DNA of 64,000 bases from the human T2T-CHM13v2.0 reference genome, Homo sapiens. Each line of letters opens with the position of its first letter. Within the stretch, counting starts at the first letter, position 1. The translations under genes were made by a program, and so were the position numbers. Shown here in pieces: positions 1 to 13,196 of the stretch. Under the pieces are notes generated by a model. It searched no databases and was not told where the DNA came from. It was given only the letters and a program-made list of their open reading frames with translations. The DNA lies in the NCBI RefSeq assembly GCF_009914755.1, contig NC_060932.1, one strand, 5' to 3'.

Positions 1-1234
1 TTTATCTTTCTTGAACTCTAAATATCTTTCCTTAAAGAAAATTTACTCTAGTGGATTCTCCTCCCTGGTTTGACACTCTTTCTATAGCAGTCTAGTCTCA
101 TGGCCCAGGATTTCATGATGGGTGTGAGGGCTTCTGAGCATGAGTCTGGGGCTACCTGGGATGGCAGCTGCCATTGCTACCTTTGGATTTTTCTCCATGG
201 GTATCTTTTTGACCCAACAAAACCATGTTATTCTTCTTGGGCCCCGGGGCTGGTGCAGATGAACATGGCTACAATCCAGGCCTTCAGCAGAGAGGTGAAC
301 CACAAACCACAAACCTAGCTGGCCATAACACATCTGTACCTGGCCTTCATCCACCAAAAGTGAACAGCTAATTTGGCATTTTGTCAAGTCTGATGGGAAG
401 TTAACGTGAAAAAGAAAGACAAATATATCCATGGCTAAGTTAAATGAAGTGTGTATATGGCAGAGAGGATTGGAGGGTGGGGAGCTAGAAAGAAGATGAA
501 ATGCAATAGTTTGAAATGCAATATCCTGGGATACACTGAGGCAGTCTCACAAACCTTTACCCACAATTTTGAAATGCAAAAATTTCTGAAAACAGAGTTT
601 GTTATTTTGCTACGAAATGAGTTTGTTCCCCAAACTGACCTGAACTGACATGTGGTTAGTTTTTCTCTAACTAAATGTGAATATTCATCTACTTTGCTAC
701 AAAAATTACTGTGTGTTGCCTGGATCCCATGGGGGTATTACATTAATATACAATGAATACACTGTATTACCTTTCTAAAAGCTGAATTCTGAAAGACATT
801 TGGCCCCAAAGGGTTTGGCTAAGAAATGGTTGACCAGAATACAGCTCCCAAACAGGCATGTTCTCCAGATTTAATCCTTTTGTAGTTTCCCCACATCTTG
901 AGAGTATTTATCTGACTTCAGCTTTTCAATGCTTTCTATAACATTATTTTTGTAGACAGAGTTACAAAAGTAGTAGAGGGGGTGACCACCATTGAAACAG
1001 GGACAAAGCTGAGAAACAGGCACACATTCCACTCTTACACATGTGCTTTACTTCTTTGCTGCATGTTTCACTTTATTAGTCTGAGAGTTCCGATAACTAA
1101 GAGTCCCTGAACCTGCACTGTAGCATGTGTATGGTACAGGCAATATAAAAAAAATAAGGTGATGCTGATCTTGAAAAAGAAGATAGAAACTACATTTTTA
1201 TTGGTAAATATTAATATCTCAAATGAAATGTCCA

Positions 1235-1507
1235 GAGATTTGCTAAAAGGCAAATATATAAGGACAGAAAGTGAGACAGAAAAGAAAGCAAGCAATAGAA
1301 AGATTGGTGGCTTCCTGGGGCTGGCAGCAGGAATGAGAACTGCACACAGGCACAAGGGAGCTTTTTGGGGTGATAGAAAAGTCCTAAAGCTGAATTGTGG
1401 TGACAGTTCCCTAGCTCTGTACGTTTACTAAAAATCAGTGAATTGTTCAGTTGAAATTGGAGACTTTTATGGCATGTAAACTAGAACTCGATGAAGATGA
1501 TGAAAAA
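1235..1507 (+). mobile_element. Old L1M (L1MB/L1ME-type) 3' end fragment
   Basis: Resembles L1M 3' UTR motifs (GACAGAAAG...TTTTGGGGTGATAGAAAAGTCCTAAAGCTGAATTGTGGTG...TTTTATGGCATGTAAACT); boundaries approximate. Confidence 0.6.
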
Positions 1508-2002
1508 CTCATTTCCTAAATTCCTGAAGTAACACTTTTTATGTCAACACCTTCCCTTCTTTCCTGACATTTCACAGTAATGCCAGTTGAAATTTAAAAA
1601 GACAATAAATAAAACTTACTCCTAATTGTCAAGGAAAAATTAGAAATTCTTTACCCACAAATGACTGATATTACATTTAGTCAGAGAACAATCCCTTCCA
1701 GATATTCTCTTATATTTAGCAAATGAAATCTAAATTATTTTTATCTTAACATGCCATGCATACCTCTAATCACAGCATACATCACATCAACCAGTTTGAT
1801 TTTATTTACTAATCATTTTGGCAAAGACAGGGTATACCCCTGAGGCAAGAACCATGTCATAGTCTTCATTGTATTCTCAGAGCCTAGTAGGTGTTCAATA
1901 AATGATTACATTATATGCAATGATTTCTTCACCAGAACTATCACTTTTCGTTTGCGTAAAAAATATAATACAAATTAAACAGACATCCCCTACCTTCTAA
2001 AT

Positions 2003-2211
2003 CAGGGTTTCTCAAGCTTAGCACTCTAGACATTTTGAGGTAGAAAATTCTTCCCTGGGGAGGGCTATTTTGTGCATTGTGGAATGTATAGCAGCATCCC
2101 TGGCCTCTACCCACCAGATGCCAGTAGCATCCCCATCCCCAGCTGTGCCAACCAAAAATGTCTTCAGACATTGCCAAATGTCCTCTAGGGGGTTAAGAAC
2201 CACAGTTCTAG
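2003..2211 (-). mobile_element. MER20 hAT-Charlie DNA transposon
   Basis: CAGGGTTTCTCAA...CAGCATCCCTGGCCTCTACCCACCAGATGCCAGTAGCA...CAAAAATGTCTTCAGACATTGCCAAATGTCC...AAGAACCAC matches the reverse MER20 consensus. Confidence 0.85.
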
Positions 2212-4959
2212 ACAGAAAAAGTTTAACATGGATCAAACCAAACCGATGGCGGACGCATTTCAAAATGCCTTTCATGCTATGGCTTCTGAAGCTAATGAGA
2301 ACATCAAGAAAGAAAAAGCATACGACTAGCAAATGATGATTCTCTGACCACAGTCCTTGGCATATTACAGGGAGAGAAAAGGAGAGATATTCTTTTCATT
2401 CTCCATGTAACTGTGGAGAAGCAAAAGCTAATTCTAATATAAGGCTGACAGTTTTTAGGAAATGTGGAGCTGTGGAAATACATAAGAGAAGTGTCCAAAT
2501 GCCAAATAGCCTGTGGCTATAAAACAGGCTGAAAGAAGCATGCTTGTTGCCAGCGCTGCGCTGTTCATTATGAATTGTATCTAGGAGAACGATTTTGAAA
2601 ATGCTATTGAATATTTATTAAAAGGAAAGATCTATAATTCAGGATGTGACATGCCACTATTAGCAAATAACTCAGCCAGTTGGAAAGGTTAAGAATGGTG
2701 GTAGCGAAACCATTAAATTAAGTGTAAGTTTAGTACATCAGTGTTATTTTTCTCAATGACCACAGTATTTAGCAATCCTCTTCCAAATATCTCAGCCCCA
2801 AGACTAAAAAGCTGTTATCCATATTGTATCCTTTTAATAAGACTCCAGATGTTTTGGTTTCAATTCTACCTCGGACATACTGAGCATTCCATACTAAAGG
2901 TCAAGATGTACATTTTGGGCAAAGTGACCACTACATAATAAAGCAAAAGAAAAATATTCGTAACACTAAATATGTACAAATATTTATCAGGACTTATGAT
3001 CAATATTTTAAAGCATCTTTATTTCTTATTTAGCAAAACAAAGGAGTGGACTTCTAACCTCAACACCAACAATTTAGGCAATACAATGACACCATTCTAG
3101 TTTTCAGCCATGTCTATATTTCTTATCAATCTGTTCGTATAAGAGAAAACTACCACAGACAGTTACGTGTTAATTCCTAACACTTAAAAAAGGAAGCATA
3201 TCTTTTCCAATTCTATTGGCAAAAATATTTATATTTTGCTCTGTGCGCCTACTGATAAACATAAACAGGCTTTGGACTCTTTAGTATTAAGCATGTAATT
3301 CCTAAATCCACTAACAGAAAGAACATACAGGATGTGCAAAAGCTCTCCATTCAATCAAGCTCTAACTGTACACATAATTATGGTATTCAAATTAGATTAC
3401 TAATTTAGACATGTTCTATCATGTCAAGTATACACTAACATAAAAATGTCTGAATAAAATTCAATAAGAATAAGAAAAATAAGACAAAGAAAATTTAATT
3501 ACTTTTTAGAAAATGAAAACTCCTAGTACATAATATTAAAATATATACTCATAGAAAGATGAGTACGAAATGCAGTTTAATTGTTCATCTTGGAAGTGAT
3601 TAATAAATACAGTAGTGTCAAATCACCTGAACAGAACACTAACTCTATGCCCTGGATTATCATATTTGCATTTGGATGAAATTGGGATACATGAGGCATG
3701 AAATGACCAAATTAATCTTCATTTTACCTCATTTGAGTTTCCTCACATATTATTATAAAGTGCAATAAAAATCAAATATAAAATACCATATTACTTTGTA
3801 TTGTTATTTAAATTTTCACATGCCTATATTGTAATTTTTCAACTACATTGGACTAAGGCTACTACAATGCACCATGTGTAGTGATAATTCAGAACTAAGA
3901 TAGCTGCCTAACGTTTTTTAAAACTTTTTAAAATTTATAAATGTATTGTTATTTTTAAAAATCAGCACCAATAACAAAAGAGCAATCCACCAAATGTCAC
4001 AAAGGCATAAGCCCCTTTGGATTCAACTTTTCCTACCAAAGCTAAAATGTAAAATAGGCACCATGAAGCTTGAAATTGAGATTTAGGGATAAGCATTAGC
4101 ACCAGCATTTTGCTACTTGCTAGAAATTGCTTTCATCTGGAAATTGCAATTTAGTAAGCCTCCTAGATATTTTTTGTGAAAGAAAAAAATGCAGCATCAT
4201 AAAGTTTTTCCACCAGCCACAACATTCTATGTACTTTTCATGATTCTAATATTACTGTATATTAACAGCTAATATCTGCTTCAATAGTAGCAAAATTAGG
4301 TAAATAAAAAATTTAGACTATCAGGAGCCAAAATACAAGTTGTAACATTAAACTAAATCCCTTAGGCTCATCCTACATCATTTTACATTGCTTACCGAAG
4401 ACAAATGCTTTAACACTTTGGCATTAAATGAGTAACATAATAGCTGCTTTGGCAAGACAAAGCAAGCAATATCATTTAATGTATCTGGAGAATTCAAAAA
4501 TATTACAAAAGGAAAACCAATAGTTTAAAATTAATTAGGCTAAATTTTATTTTTTATACATGCACACACAGGTACGTGTACACACGGAATGCCTCTTACA
4601 GACAACAGCCATTGCAATTGCTGAAAAATAAATTCCCACTGTATCACAAATAAGTTTATCTACAATAATTTTATAAGTTAAAATATTGAATCCTTATATT
4701 TATACTCAGATTCTTTTTTAGTGCTCTTGAGATAATGAATGCAAAACATGTTCATTTTGTGGGAAAAAAAAAAAAAAAAGCAGATTTTCCCCCAATCTAA
4801 CTTAATCACATATATTTGCATAAATAACCTGTGGCCCATCAAATATAGAAATTGTAGCTGATACAGCTTCTACTGTTGGTGCTTTGAGCAGACTAATAAA
4901 GAAAATCTCTTAAACATAACACCCCCTAATTCTTCTTTAGTAGCTATTCACAAAGATAC

Positions 4960-5110
4960 AGCAACATGATGGAGTGGTACGAACCCAGGACACCTCATTT
5001 TGGATCCTAGAAGCTCTACCACTTACTAGCTGTGTTATCTCCACCCACCCATCTGAACCCTGTATCTCAGTTTCCTCATATGTATAACGGGAGTGATTCT
5101 ACCTTTAGGT
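4960..5110 (+). mobile_element. MIR fragment
   Basis: MIR core: CTCTACCACTTACTAGCTGTGT...TCTCAGTTTCCTCATATGTATAACGGG. Confidence 0.65.
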
Positions 5111-6039
5111 CAAAATTAAAGGACAAACGTTTGAGGACTGAAAGGCATAATATTTAACTAAAACATACGGTAATTATTTCCATCATCTCCAAATACTCCA
5201 GTTAGTCTATAATATAATGTGTCCTGTTTTTATAAGACAAGTGAAAATTATAGGATATTTTACTCAGCATACATCAAATAATCCAGTGAGCCGAAAGTCT
5301 CATTAATAATTACATAAGCATTGGCTCAAAGGTCCAAACCCTCTAATAACATTATGGCCATGATAAAAGCTTAGTTTTTACAATCCGTCAAATAATGGAT
5401 CATTTATCACCTTCTCTTTCAGTGTGTTTATTTTGTGGATAAAATGAGATATGCCCGCTATGGGGAACTGAGGCACTTCATGCACCAACAAAATGATTCT
5501 TTCATTCTTTCCATTCTCCCATGAAGCCTGTGTCCTGCTGTCAATGAAGGAGAAAAACAAATGGAAAAGAAAAATAAGAAATGATAATTCTATAAGCTTC
5601 TTGAGATCCAGCAAAAAATAAGAAATGAAAATTCCATGCGCTTCTTGAGATCGAAATTCATGCCTTGTTATTTTATTTCTTCCCCCCATCCCCTTTCCCA
5701 CCCACCTTCCACATGGTAGGTCTTAATATTTATTGACCAGAACCGGAAACTCTAGGAGTAAAAGCCACCATTATCTGTGTAGATGGAAGCAAGTTAACAG
5801 TCAGACCTGTCCCTTTGCTCTCTTTTTATTTCAATTTCATTTCTTTTGTCACTCAGTTCCCATTCAATCAAGCATCTCATTCTGCTTTGCCTCTGGCTTC
5901 TGCCACTTTGTGTCCAAGCACTTGTCAAAAACTTCTCTTGCTTAATCTTACTATGCCATCTCTTTTTCTTCTGACAGCCACCTTGGCCTTCGTCCTTTTT
6001 TTTTTTTTTTCAGTCCACACGTTCTCACAGGCAGATCAC

Positions 6040-6960
6040 AACCTCAACAACAATTTCAAATACACGGAAGACTTGCAAACCTGCATTTCCAGTTCGGCCT
6101 CCATTTTGAATTCCAGAACCACAGGCTGTACAACTGCCAATTGCATCTCAGGTCCTGAATGTCCCTCTGGTGCCTCACAGTGCATAAATCCACAACCTGT
6201 CATCTTCTCCTGCAAACTGCTCCATCCTCTGTATTCATTATCATCTCCAATGGCAGCCTTATGGATTCAATTCCCAAGCCAGACACCTGGGAGTCATCCT
6301 TAAATTCACCATCCTCTCCTTGCTTCTCCCCTTAATGTCCCCACGCTTATCAGTGGGAGTTTAGACTTTAAATCCACACCAGTATTCAAAAGCTTTTTTT
6401 GCACAGCTTACTTTGTCTGTCCCTTACCCCATCCATTCTGTGTAATATACCCAGAGTGATCATTCTAAAAAAGTACTCAAATTCATCTACAAAACTAAAT
6501 ATGGCCCACAAGACCCTCCAAAAGTGGCTCCAGCCTCCGCTCTCCATCTCCAGTCTCATTCCCCACCCTCAATGTGCACCAGCCACATGGAATGACCAGC
6601 TGTTCCACAACCCGCCTCTCCGGTACCTTTGTTTCACCATATTCCCTGTTCCCTCTCTCAGAATAATTTCTCCCTGCCCACTCCCACCCTTAGCCTCCTG
6701 GTACCCTCCTACTGGCTCTTCCAGACTCCATCAAGCCCGGCTGCATTAGGAAAAGTCATCCCCTTGGAGTCAGGCACCCCTGACGGAGCCAAGCATCCTT
6801 TAAGCACTGGTTCCAACTGCTGCTCAGTGTCTCCTTCCCTCATGAATCTGAGATTCTTGAGGGCAGAGAGAGGGATTTTCTGGTATTTGAGGTCTTATCA
6901 TCTAACAATGTGCCTGGTATCATATTAATATATATCTGGTGAATGTATAAATGAATAAAT
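6040..6960 (+). mobile_element. L2 LINE 3' region, degraded
   Basis: L2-like blocks (CCAAGCCAGACACCTGGGAGTCATCCTT; TTCTTGAGGGCAGAG; ACAATGTGCCTGG...AATGAATAAAT tail). Confidence 0.6.
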
Positions 6961-7650
6961 ACCACCCTTGTGATATTTAGTGACCCTTCAGTCACTAAAT
7001 TTGACTGAAAACACAGACAAGCTGCTAGTGATTGATTACATGTGAATTAGAGGCTCACAGCCCTCCTTAGAAGGTGCCAGGAAAAAATTAATAAGGCCAC
7101 TCTGGTTGCAATTCCCAACTGCTGAATGCAGAAGGTGTGGTGTTCTTGTGTATAGCTATGTTAGGGACTGGCTTTTTTTTAATGAAAAGAAAAAAAGTAT
7201 TGTGTTATGTGTTTTTTCCTTTGACTTAGAACATGAGCTCCCTCAACACTTAAGTTTCCCAATAGTTTCATCATGTTCCACCACAATGGGCATGATGAAG
7301 GAATAGGTATGGTTTGGGGTGAAAGGATGGCGTAGGGGGAAGCAACTTTAATAGTAATGATGGAGTCACAAATACAGTGAGACGAGATGCCTGAGAACTT
7401 ATCTGATCACCCTTCATTCCTCAGAGAATAAATTCACATAAAAGCTTACATATGCAACCCTGGGGCTCTCTCAACACGGAGATGGCAGATGACAGTAATG
7501 CTGATTTAGTCACACCTTTTGGTACTTTTAGAAAATCAAGAGAACCTGATTACTTGCAAATGAATACATGATACGGTACCTAGGGATTGGGTCAGCTGGA
7601 CATCTGTGAAATGGGAGAGGGAAGTACAAAGCTGTTAGTGACCAATTTTA

Positions 7651-7953
7651 TTTTTATTTATTTATTCTGAGACAAAGTCTTACTCTGTTGCCCAGGCCGG
7701 GGTGCAGTGGTGTGATCTTCCTGGCTCACTTCAACCTTTGCCTCCCGGGTTCAGGTGATTCTCCTGCCTCAGCCTTCCGAGTAGCTTGGATTACAGGTGC
7801 ACACCACCATGCCCAGCTAATTTTTGTATTTTTAGTAGAAACTGGGTTTCACCATGTTGGCCAGGCTGGTCTCGAACCCCTGACCTCAAGTGATCCACCC
7901 TCCTCAGCCTCCCAAAGTGCTCAGATTACAGGCGTGAGTCACCGCACCAGGCC
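7651..7953 (-). mobile_element. AluS (Sx/Sz-like), full length
   Basis: Full dimeric Alu in reverse; TSD TAGTGA(C/G)CAATTTTA at 7636-7650 and 7954-7968. Confidence 0.95.
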
Positions 7954-9094
7954 TAGTGAGCAATTTTAAAACTACTTCTTCTTCCGTATTTTTTTTTTTA
8001 CTTGCTTACTCCATAAGGTTCACAGGATTTCAGGAGCTCTGCATTTTTAGCAAATGCCCCCAGTCAGGCCAATTTCCCTGTCTTCTGCAATAAACAGTCT
8101 ACATTTAGGAGACTAAATTTTTAAAACGTTTTTAATCACTTCTCAGGTTAAAAAAATCATACAGTCCTATAACATCAAGGATGGGGGCAAATGAGAGATC
8201 AACAGGATATGCCAAAATATTATAATCACAATAGTTCCTTTATAATTCAAACTCCAGGGGATGATATGAATTAACTTATTGAACAAATATTGGCACCAGT
8301 ATGAAATCGAGAAAAAATAGAGGGGGCAGGGCTCAGGGGAAGGGTTTTGAAAATATTACGAGATGGTTTTAAAATTGTCCTTTTACCCTCCATTTTGACT
8401 GGAGTTAGAAAGGCTATGATACAGACATGGACGATTTGATGCAATGTTCTTACTATAAGATAACACGTTTAAGCCTTACTGGTTAGACATAAGTGTTCGT
8501 TTCCTTTGAAAACCATAGTCTCATGGGATGACAGATGACACTGCTGTAGTAATGTGGTTCTCCCATGACAGTTCACTGCTGATACTTCTTTAGATTTAAA
8601 TAAACTTATTTTTTTTTTAAATCACCCAAGAAAATGTCAGGTCTCCACACTTCTCCTTTTTTTTTAGTGAGAATGATGCAAGTATGTGACACTAAACACA
8701 GATAAAGTTAACATGCCTCCCCACTGTGCTCTACTACCAGTTGAAGGCTTTATGCTTCCTATTTCACAAAGCAGACATGTGGTTTTCTTTTTTGAGCTCA
8801 TTGCGTGAACTAAGCTTAAGCTCTTCTTCTACAAAGATAATGGAGATGATATTTCCTGTGCTGTCAATTCCTGCTCCTGGCAGTGGCTAAGAAGGTAGGC
8901 ATGTGTCTTCCCACCATTCCTTCACCTGGGGACCAAGCAAGATAGTATAGGATTCTTCTGAAAAGCATAATATAGTCCATCTATATTATGTAATATATAA
9001 ATCCATGCAATAGAGTTTAGCTATCACAAAGGCTCAAAAATCAGTGGCAGCAGAACGTTCTATAAGTATCACGGGCCTCCTTGCACAGTTCTGG

Positions 9095-9270
9095 GCTCCA
9101 CTCTTTACTCTGAAGCTCACTAGTGTCACCGTGGACAAGTGCCCTGACTTTTCTAGGCCTCAGTTGTCACTTCCACAAAAGAGGATAATAAAGTACTACC
9201 ACACAAGGTCACAGTGAGGATGAAGGGCAGTTCTTAACATGGCAGCCAACACACAGTAAGTGCTCCCTTT
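9095..9270 (+). mobile_element. MIR fragment
   Basis: GGACAAGTG...GGCCTCAGTT...AAAAGAGGATAATAA...ACACAGTAAGTGCTC. Confidence 0.55.
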
Positions 9271-10929
9271 AAGCTATTCATTCCAATTCTTATCCAGAAA
9301 GATAACCAGTAAGGACTAGAAATGTGGTCATATAAATTATGTACAGAGCTGTTTTCCCCTCATACTTAACCCCTGCCCTTGAACTCAGCAATGAGCGAGC
9401 CCTCAGGGGCTGTCTCTGCGGGGCTGCACATGAACTGCTTGCGTGTATAACTTGTATAACCTCCCAACGTGCCTCTCACAATGCATGAGGCAGGAGCTCT
9501 GGAACTATCAGCTCCCAACTCCTCAAGCCCAAAGTGAAGAAAATTCAAAACAGTACATATGACTGTCAATGGTCTTCATTCATTTATATCCATATTAAAA
9601 TTAGTTTGCATTTCTTTTACATGTATCTTTTGATGGATGTCAGAAGAAAATTATTCAGAGATTTAAAAGTGACACAGATAAGCCACTAAATAGATAACAG
9701 ATAACATAGATGAGAAATGAAACAACTATATGTATATTCTGAGGAGTTAGTTAATAATAAATCATGAACCTCATTCAAGTCACAAAAGTGATCGGGGAGA
9801 CTTTTACTATAGAATAACCAACCCAGAGCAGGGGAACACTTGAAATTAACTATTAAGTAAGCAAAAGGGAATATCTGTTCTCTGAAAAGGAGGGTTCAAA
9901 TTGAAACAGAAGATAATTCAGAGATGTGAGATGACTCAGTCAATGGCAGGGGCTCTTTTGGGCACTTTGCAACTATGGTATTGTGTCCCCAGGCACATGG
10001 AGGCAGCCTACAGGAAGAGTAGAACTCTCGAAGAGTTTTGATTTTTTTTTTAAAGCCAACTTTGAGCATTTGTATTGAAGCACCATTCAGTGTTAGCATA
10101 CATTAGCTAAGAGATTTCATTAAACATTAAATCAGTCTGTGATTTAAATTAAATCAGACTGTGAGAAGTCTGTGGTCTATGTGCCCTATACAGCAATTAG
10201 ATTTTAATCTCTAGAAATAAGACTTACAAAAGGCGAGAACACTATCTAGTATTTGGGTGATAACCTAACACAGCCACAAAAATGCCATGACCTCTCAATC
10301 ATTCCCCACCTCTGGAACCCAGCTGAGAAGTCTAACAAGCTATGGAAACCTTAAAGGAAGTACTGCTCACACAGCACCCCGGAATCTGCTTCCCATGACA
10401 TGGGGTACTAAGGCTTGAAGGAAGCATGCTTATTTAATGGTAAGTATAAATTATTTCTTTTTCTGAACATGCAGTTTAATATGAGGCAAAGTGCAAGGCC
10501 TCTCTCTGCCCAAGGGAGTTCTCCAGCTGGGACTGAATGCATATCCAGGGATGACGCTGTTTGTGGATTGATTACTGCTGCCGTGGTGGTTTCCTTGACT
10601 GTGTAGATTGCTGCAGCTACACGTGCAGGCAGGAAACCAAATGGAGACCACCACCCTCCAGTGTAAACTCTAACATCACACCAATTTTTCTTTTTTGACT
10701 CTCTGAATGCATGAATAGAAAAATAATAAAGCAACAGAATCCACTTCAAATTGAAAGACCTGGCACCTCTACCACACATTAGGAGGTATGGAAGCATGGG
10801 CAAGTTATTTAACAATAATTATGATCATTTCTGTTGTGGGTGCTGTTAAGCACTTTGCATACTTTAATCCTTAAGCTTAGATTTCTTCATGTATAAATTG
10901 AGGATAATAATGCAACTACTTCATTTGCA

Positions 10930-11150
10930 AGTTGAGGCAGCAGGGTCAAAAAGAACACAGTTTCAACACAGACAGACGTGGGTTAAATGCCAGCTCCAAT
11001 TTCTACTATTTGATCTCACTGAGCTCCCATTTTCTCATCTCTAAAGTAGAGATGAAGCCACTTACCTCAAAGGACTGTGGTGGGGAATTGAGCAAGACAG
11101 TGTTAAATACCAGTTGGTGTCTGTATCGCTAGACAGTGCACAATAAATGT
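10930..11150 (+). mobile_element. MIR
   Basis: CAGACAGACGTGGGTTAAATGCCAGCTCC...TTTTCTCATCTCTAAAGTAGAGATG...CAATAAATG. Confidence 0.6.
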
Positions 11151-11201
11151 TTATACCTTCTCTCCTATTATACACATGAACTGCTTCTGTTAATATTCAT
11201 C

Positions 11202-11243
11202 AGCAGCAATTCAATGTCCATAGCAGCAATTCAATGTCCATAG
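11202..11243. repeat. Perfect 20-bp tandem duplication
   Basis: AGCAGCAATTCAATGTCCAT x2 (11202-11221, 11222-11241) plus AG. Confidence 0.95.
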
Positions 11244-11294
11244 AGTCCAAAGATGCATTTCCTTTCATAACAATGAAAATTTTTCCCAGAACAA

Positions 11295-11500
11295 GCTTAA
11301 TATGCCAGATACTGGCCCAACAGCTCTATGTCTATGAACTCATTTAATTCTCACTACTGTTCAGTGGGGTAGGTACTACTACTGTCATCCCCATTGTACA
11401 GATGAAGACACTGAGGCACAGACTTTGGGTAACTTGCCTAGATTCAAACAGATGGTACCAGAGCTGGCAGCCTGGCTCCATAGCCTGTCCTCCTAACCAG
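11295..11500 (-). mobile_element. MIR
   Basis: CCCCATTGTACAGATGAAGACACTGAGGCACAGA...GTAACTTGCCTAG = reverse MIR core. Confidence 0.75.
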
Positions 11501-13196
11501 GCTGCAATAGGGCTTAATGGGTCAATCTGTTTGAGATTCCATGCTTGGATGTAATCTCTTCTAGAGATAAGCACTGGATGCTCTCACAAACCGCAATGTG
11601 TTGATGGACTAACTTTTCAACTTCTGAAATAACATTTTGTGTATTTTCTTAGTATTCCTAAAAAAAAACCCTTTACACTTTAAATAAGGTGCCTATAACT
11701 AGTTCATCTTGTTCTGCATGCTGAAATACCATAAATAAATGCACTTCTCTCTTCAAAGATTATGTAAATAAATCTTACATTAAAACATACCCCTGAGCTT
11801 TGGTTTAAACAATAATTTCAAGTCCAAATTAAACATTTATGTATGTGTATATATATTTAGCAGGAAAGTCTTAATATGACCTATTTTGTTAAACTAATGA
11901 CATCTATACCCAATACTCCAAATATTCCTCTTATTTATAATATTCGCTGTGTAACAGTCACACAGCAGTACTGCATGGTACTTCAAAGTACTATTCCTTT
12001 TACAAGTTTAACCAACTCAGGTATTAAACATCAATGATGATAATCCATAGCTCTGCTTAAAAGGAATCTCTCGGGAACAGCTGAGAAAGAAAGGTTAAAG
12101 ATTTCTATCCTTCAAAGTAGGGCACTGCAGCTACCTATAAATCATGCTCTTTGTTTATTAAGATAATTAGGCCCATCAGTACACTTAACTTTTAGACTCA
12201 ACAATTGTCTGGCATGAACAATTTCCACTTTTTCTAAAACAAAGGGGATGTGTTCAAAAAGCGGTCCTCTGCATGCTCTCTGCACAATGCATGCTATTTT
12301 AAAACATGATTTATGGGTCTAATTCCTGGAGCTGCCTTGAAAAATATAGTGGGTTGTTCCTCCCATGCTCCCTATTAGGAGAAGACACTCCAATTTGAAG
12401 AGTGCACTCTGTTTCAGACTTCAGGCCGCTATATCATGTCAGCATTTTCAGTAAATACTGTTCAATTGGACTTTAAACAAATGGAATGGAGGGCCACAGC
12501 TGCAGCCACTGCAGAGATAAAGTTATCCAGCCGGGAGGCTTACATAAGAGGTGCAGGACAATCAGGGTGAAATCCAAGTGTCATTATCTGAATCCTATTT
12601 CTTGAGACTTGCCTACATTCTTAAAGTGTATGAATTCACACGCCCAGAGCTCGTTTTATTTGCCTTAGGGCATAAAACACCGGGTCGACATATAAGTTGT
12701 TTTTTCCCTAAAGGACTAGGCTCCAATTATGAAAAGGTTGGCAACTTCTGCCTAGGGGAAGAGTAAAGCGGGATGCGCGGGAAGCCTGCAGGCCTGAAAG
12801 AAATGGCTCGCCCAAAGATCCATCGCAGTGCTGGCCACACTCCCCAGAGGAATTAGGATGGAGGTGACAAGACCCTGCCCAGCCCCTTCACCCCAACGTA
12901 AACACAGAGTCAAGGAGCTTGGAATGAATAATTAGCACGCAGCAGTCGAAATGCCCTAGGAGTACCTGTCCTCTCCCAGCATATTTCCAACTGGCACATT
13001 CGTGAGATGCTGAGGTCAGCCAGCCCTGGACTCCAGACCTTCCAGCTGCCTTGTCCCCTTCTTGGCACCCCGCACTCCCTCCTCGAGCTGGAACTCTGTT
13101 AACAAGAGGTGCCACCCTCGGCTTCCCACAAGAAGATAAAAACGAACCTCTCCTTCCCACGGCTCCCTCCAACTTCAGAAACTACAGTCAACTTAC

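Noticed and set aside
82-432. ORFs and a possible 50-nt minus-strand exon (340-389) near the window start
   Set aside because: Weak donor (CAG|GTACAG) and no recognisable protein; cannot be supported.
7688-7969. Alu-derived ORFs here and at 22.2, 31.0, 42.0, 46.4, 48.0, 53.9, 56.0, 57.7 and 61.7 kb
   Set aside because: Standard Alu reading-frame artefacts.
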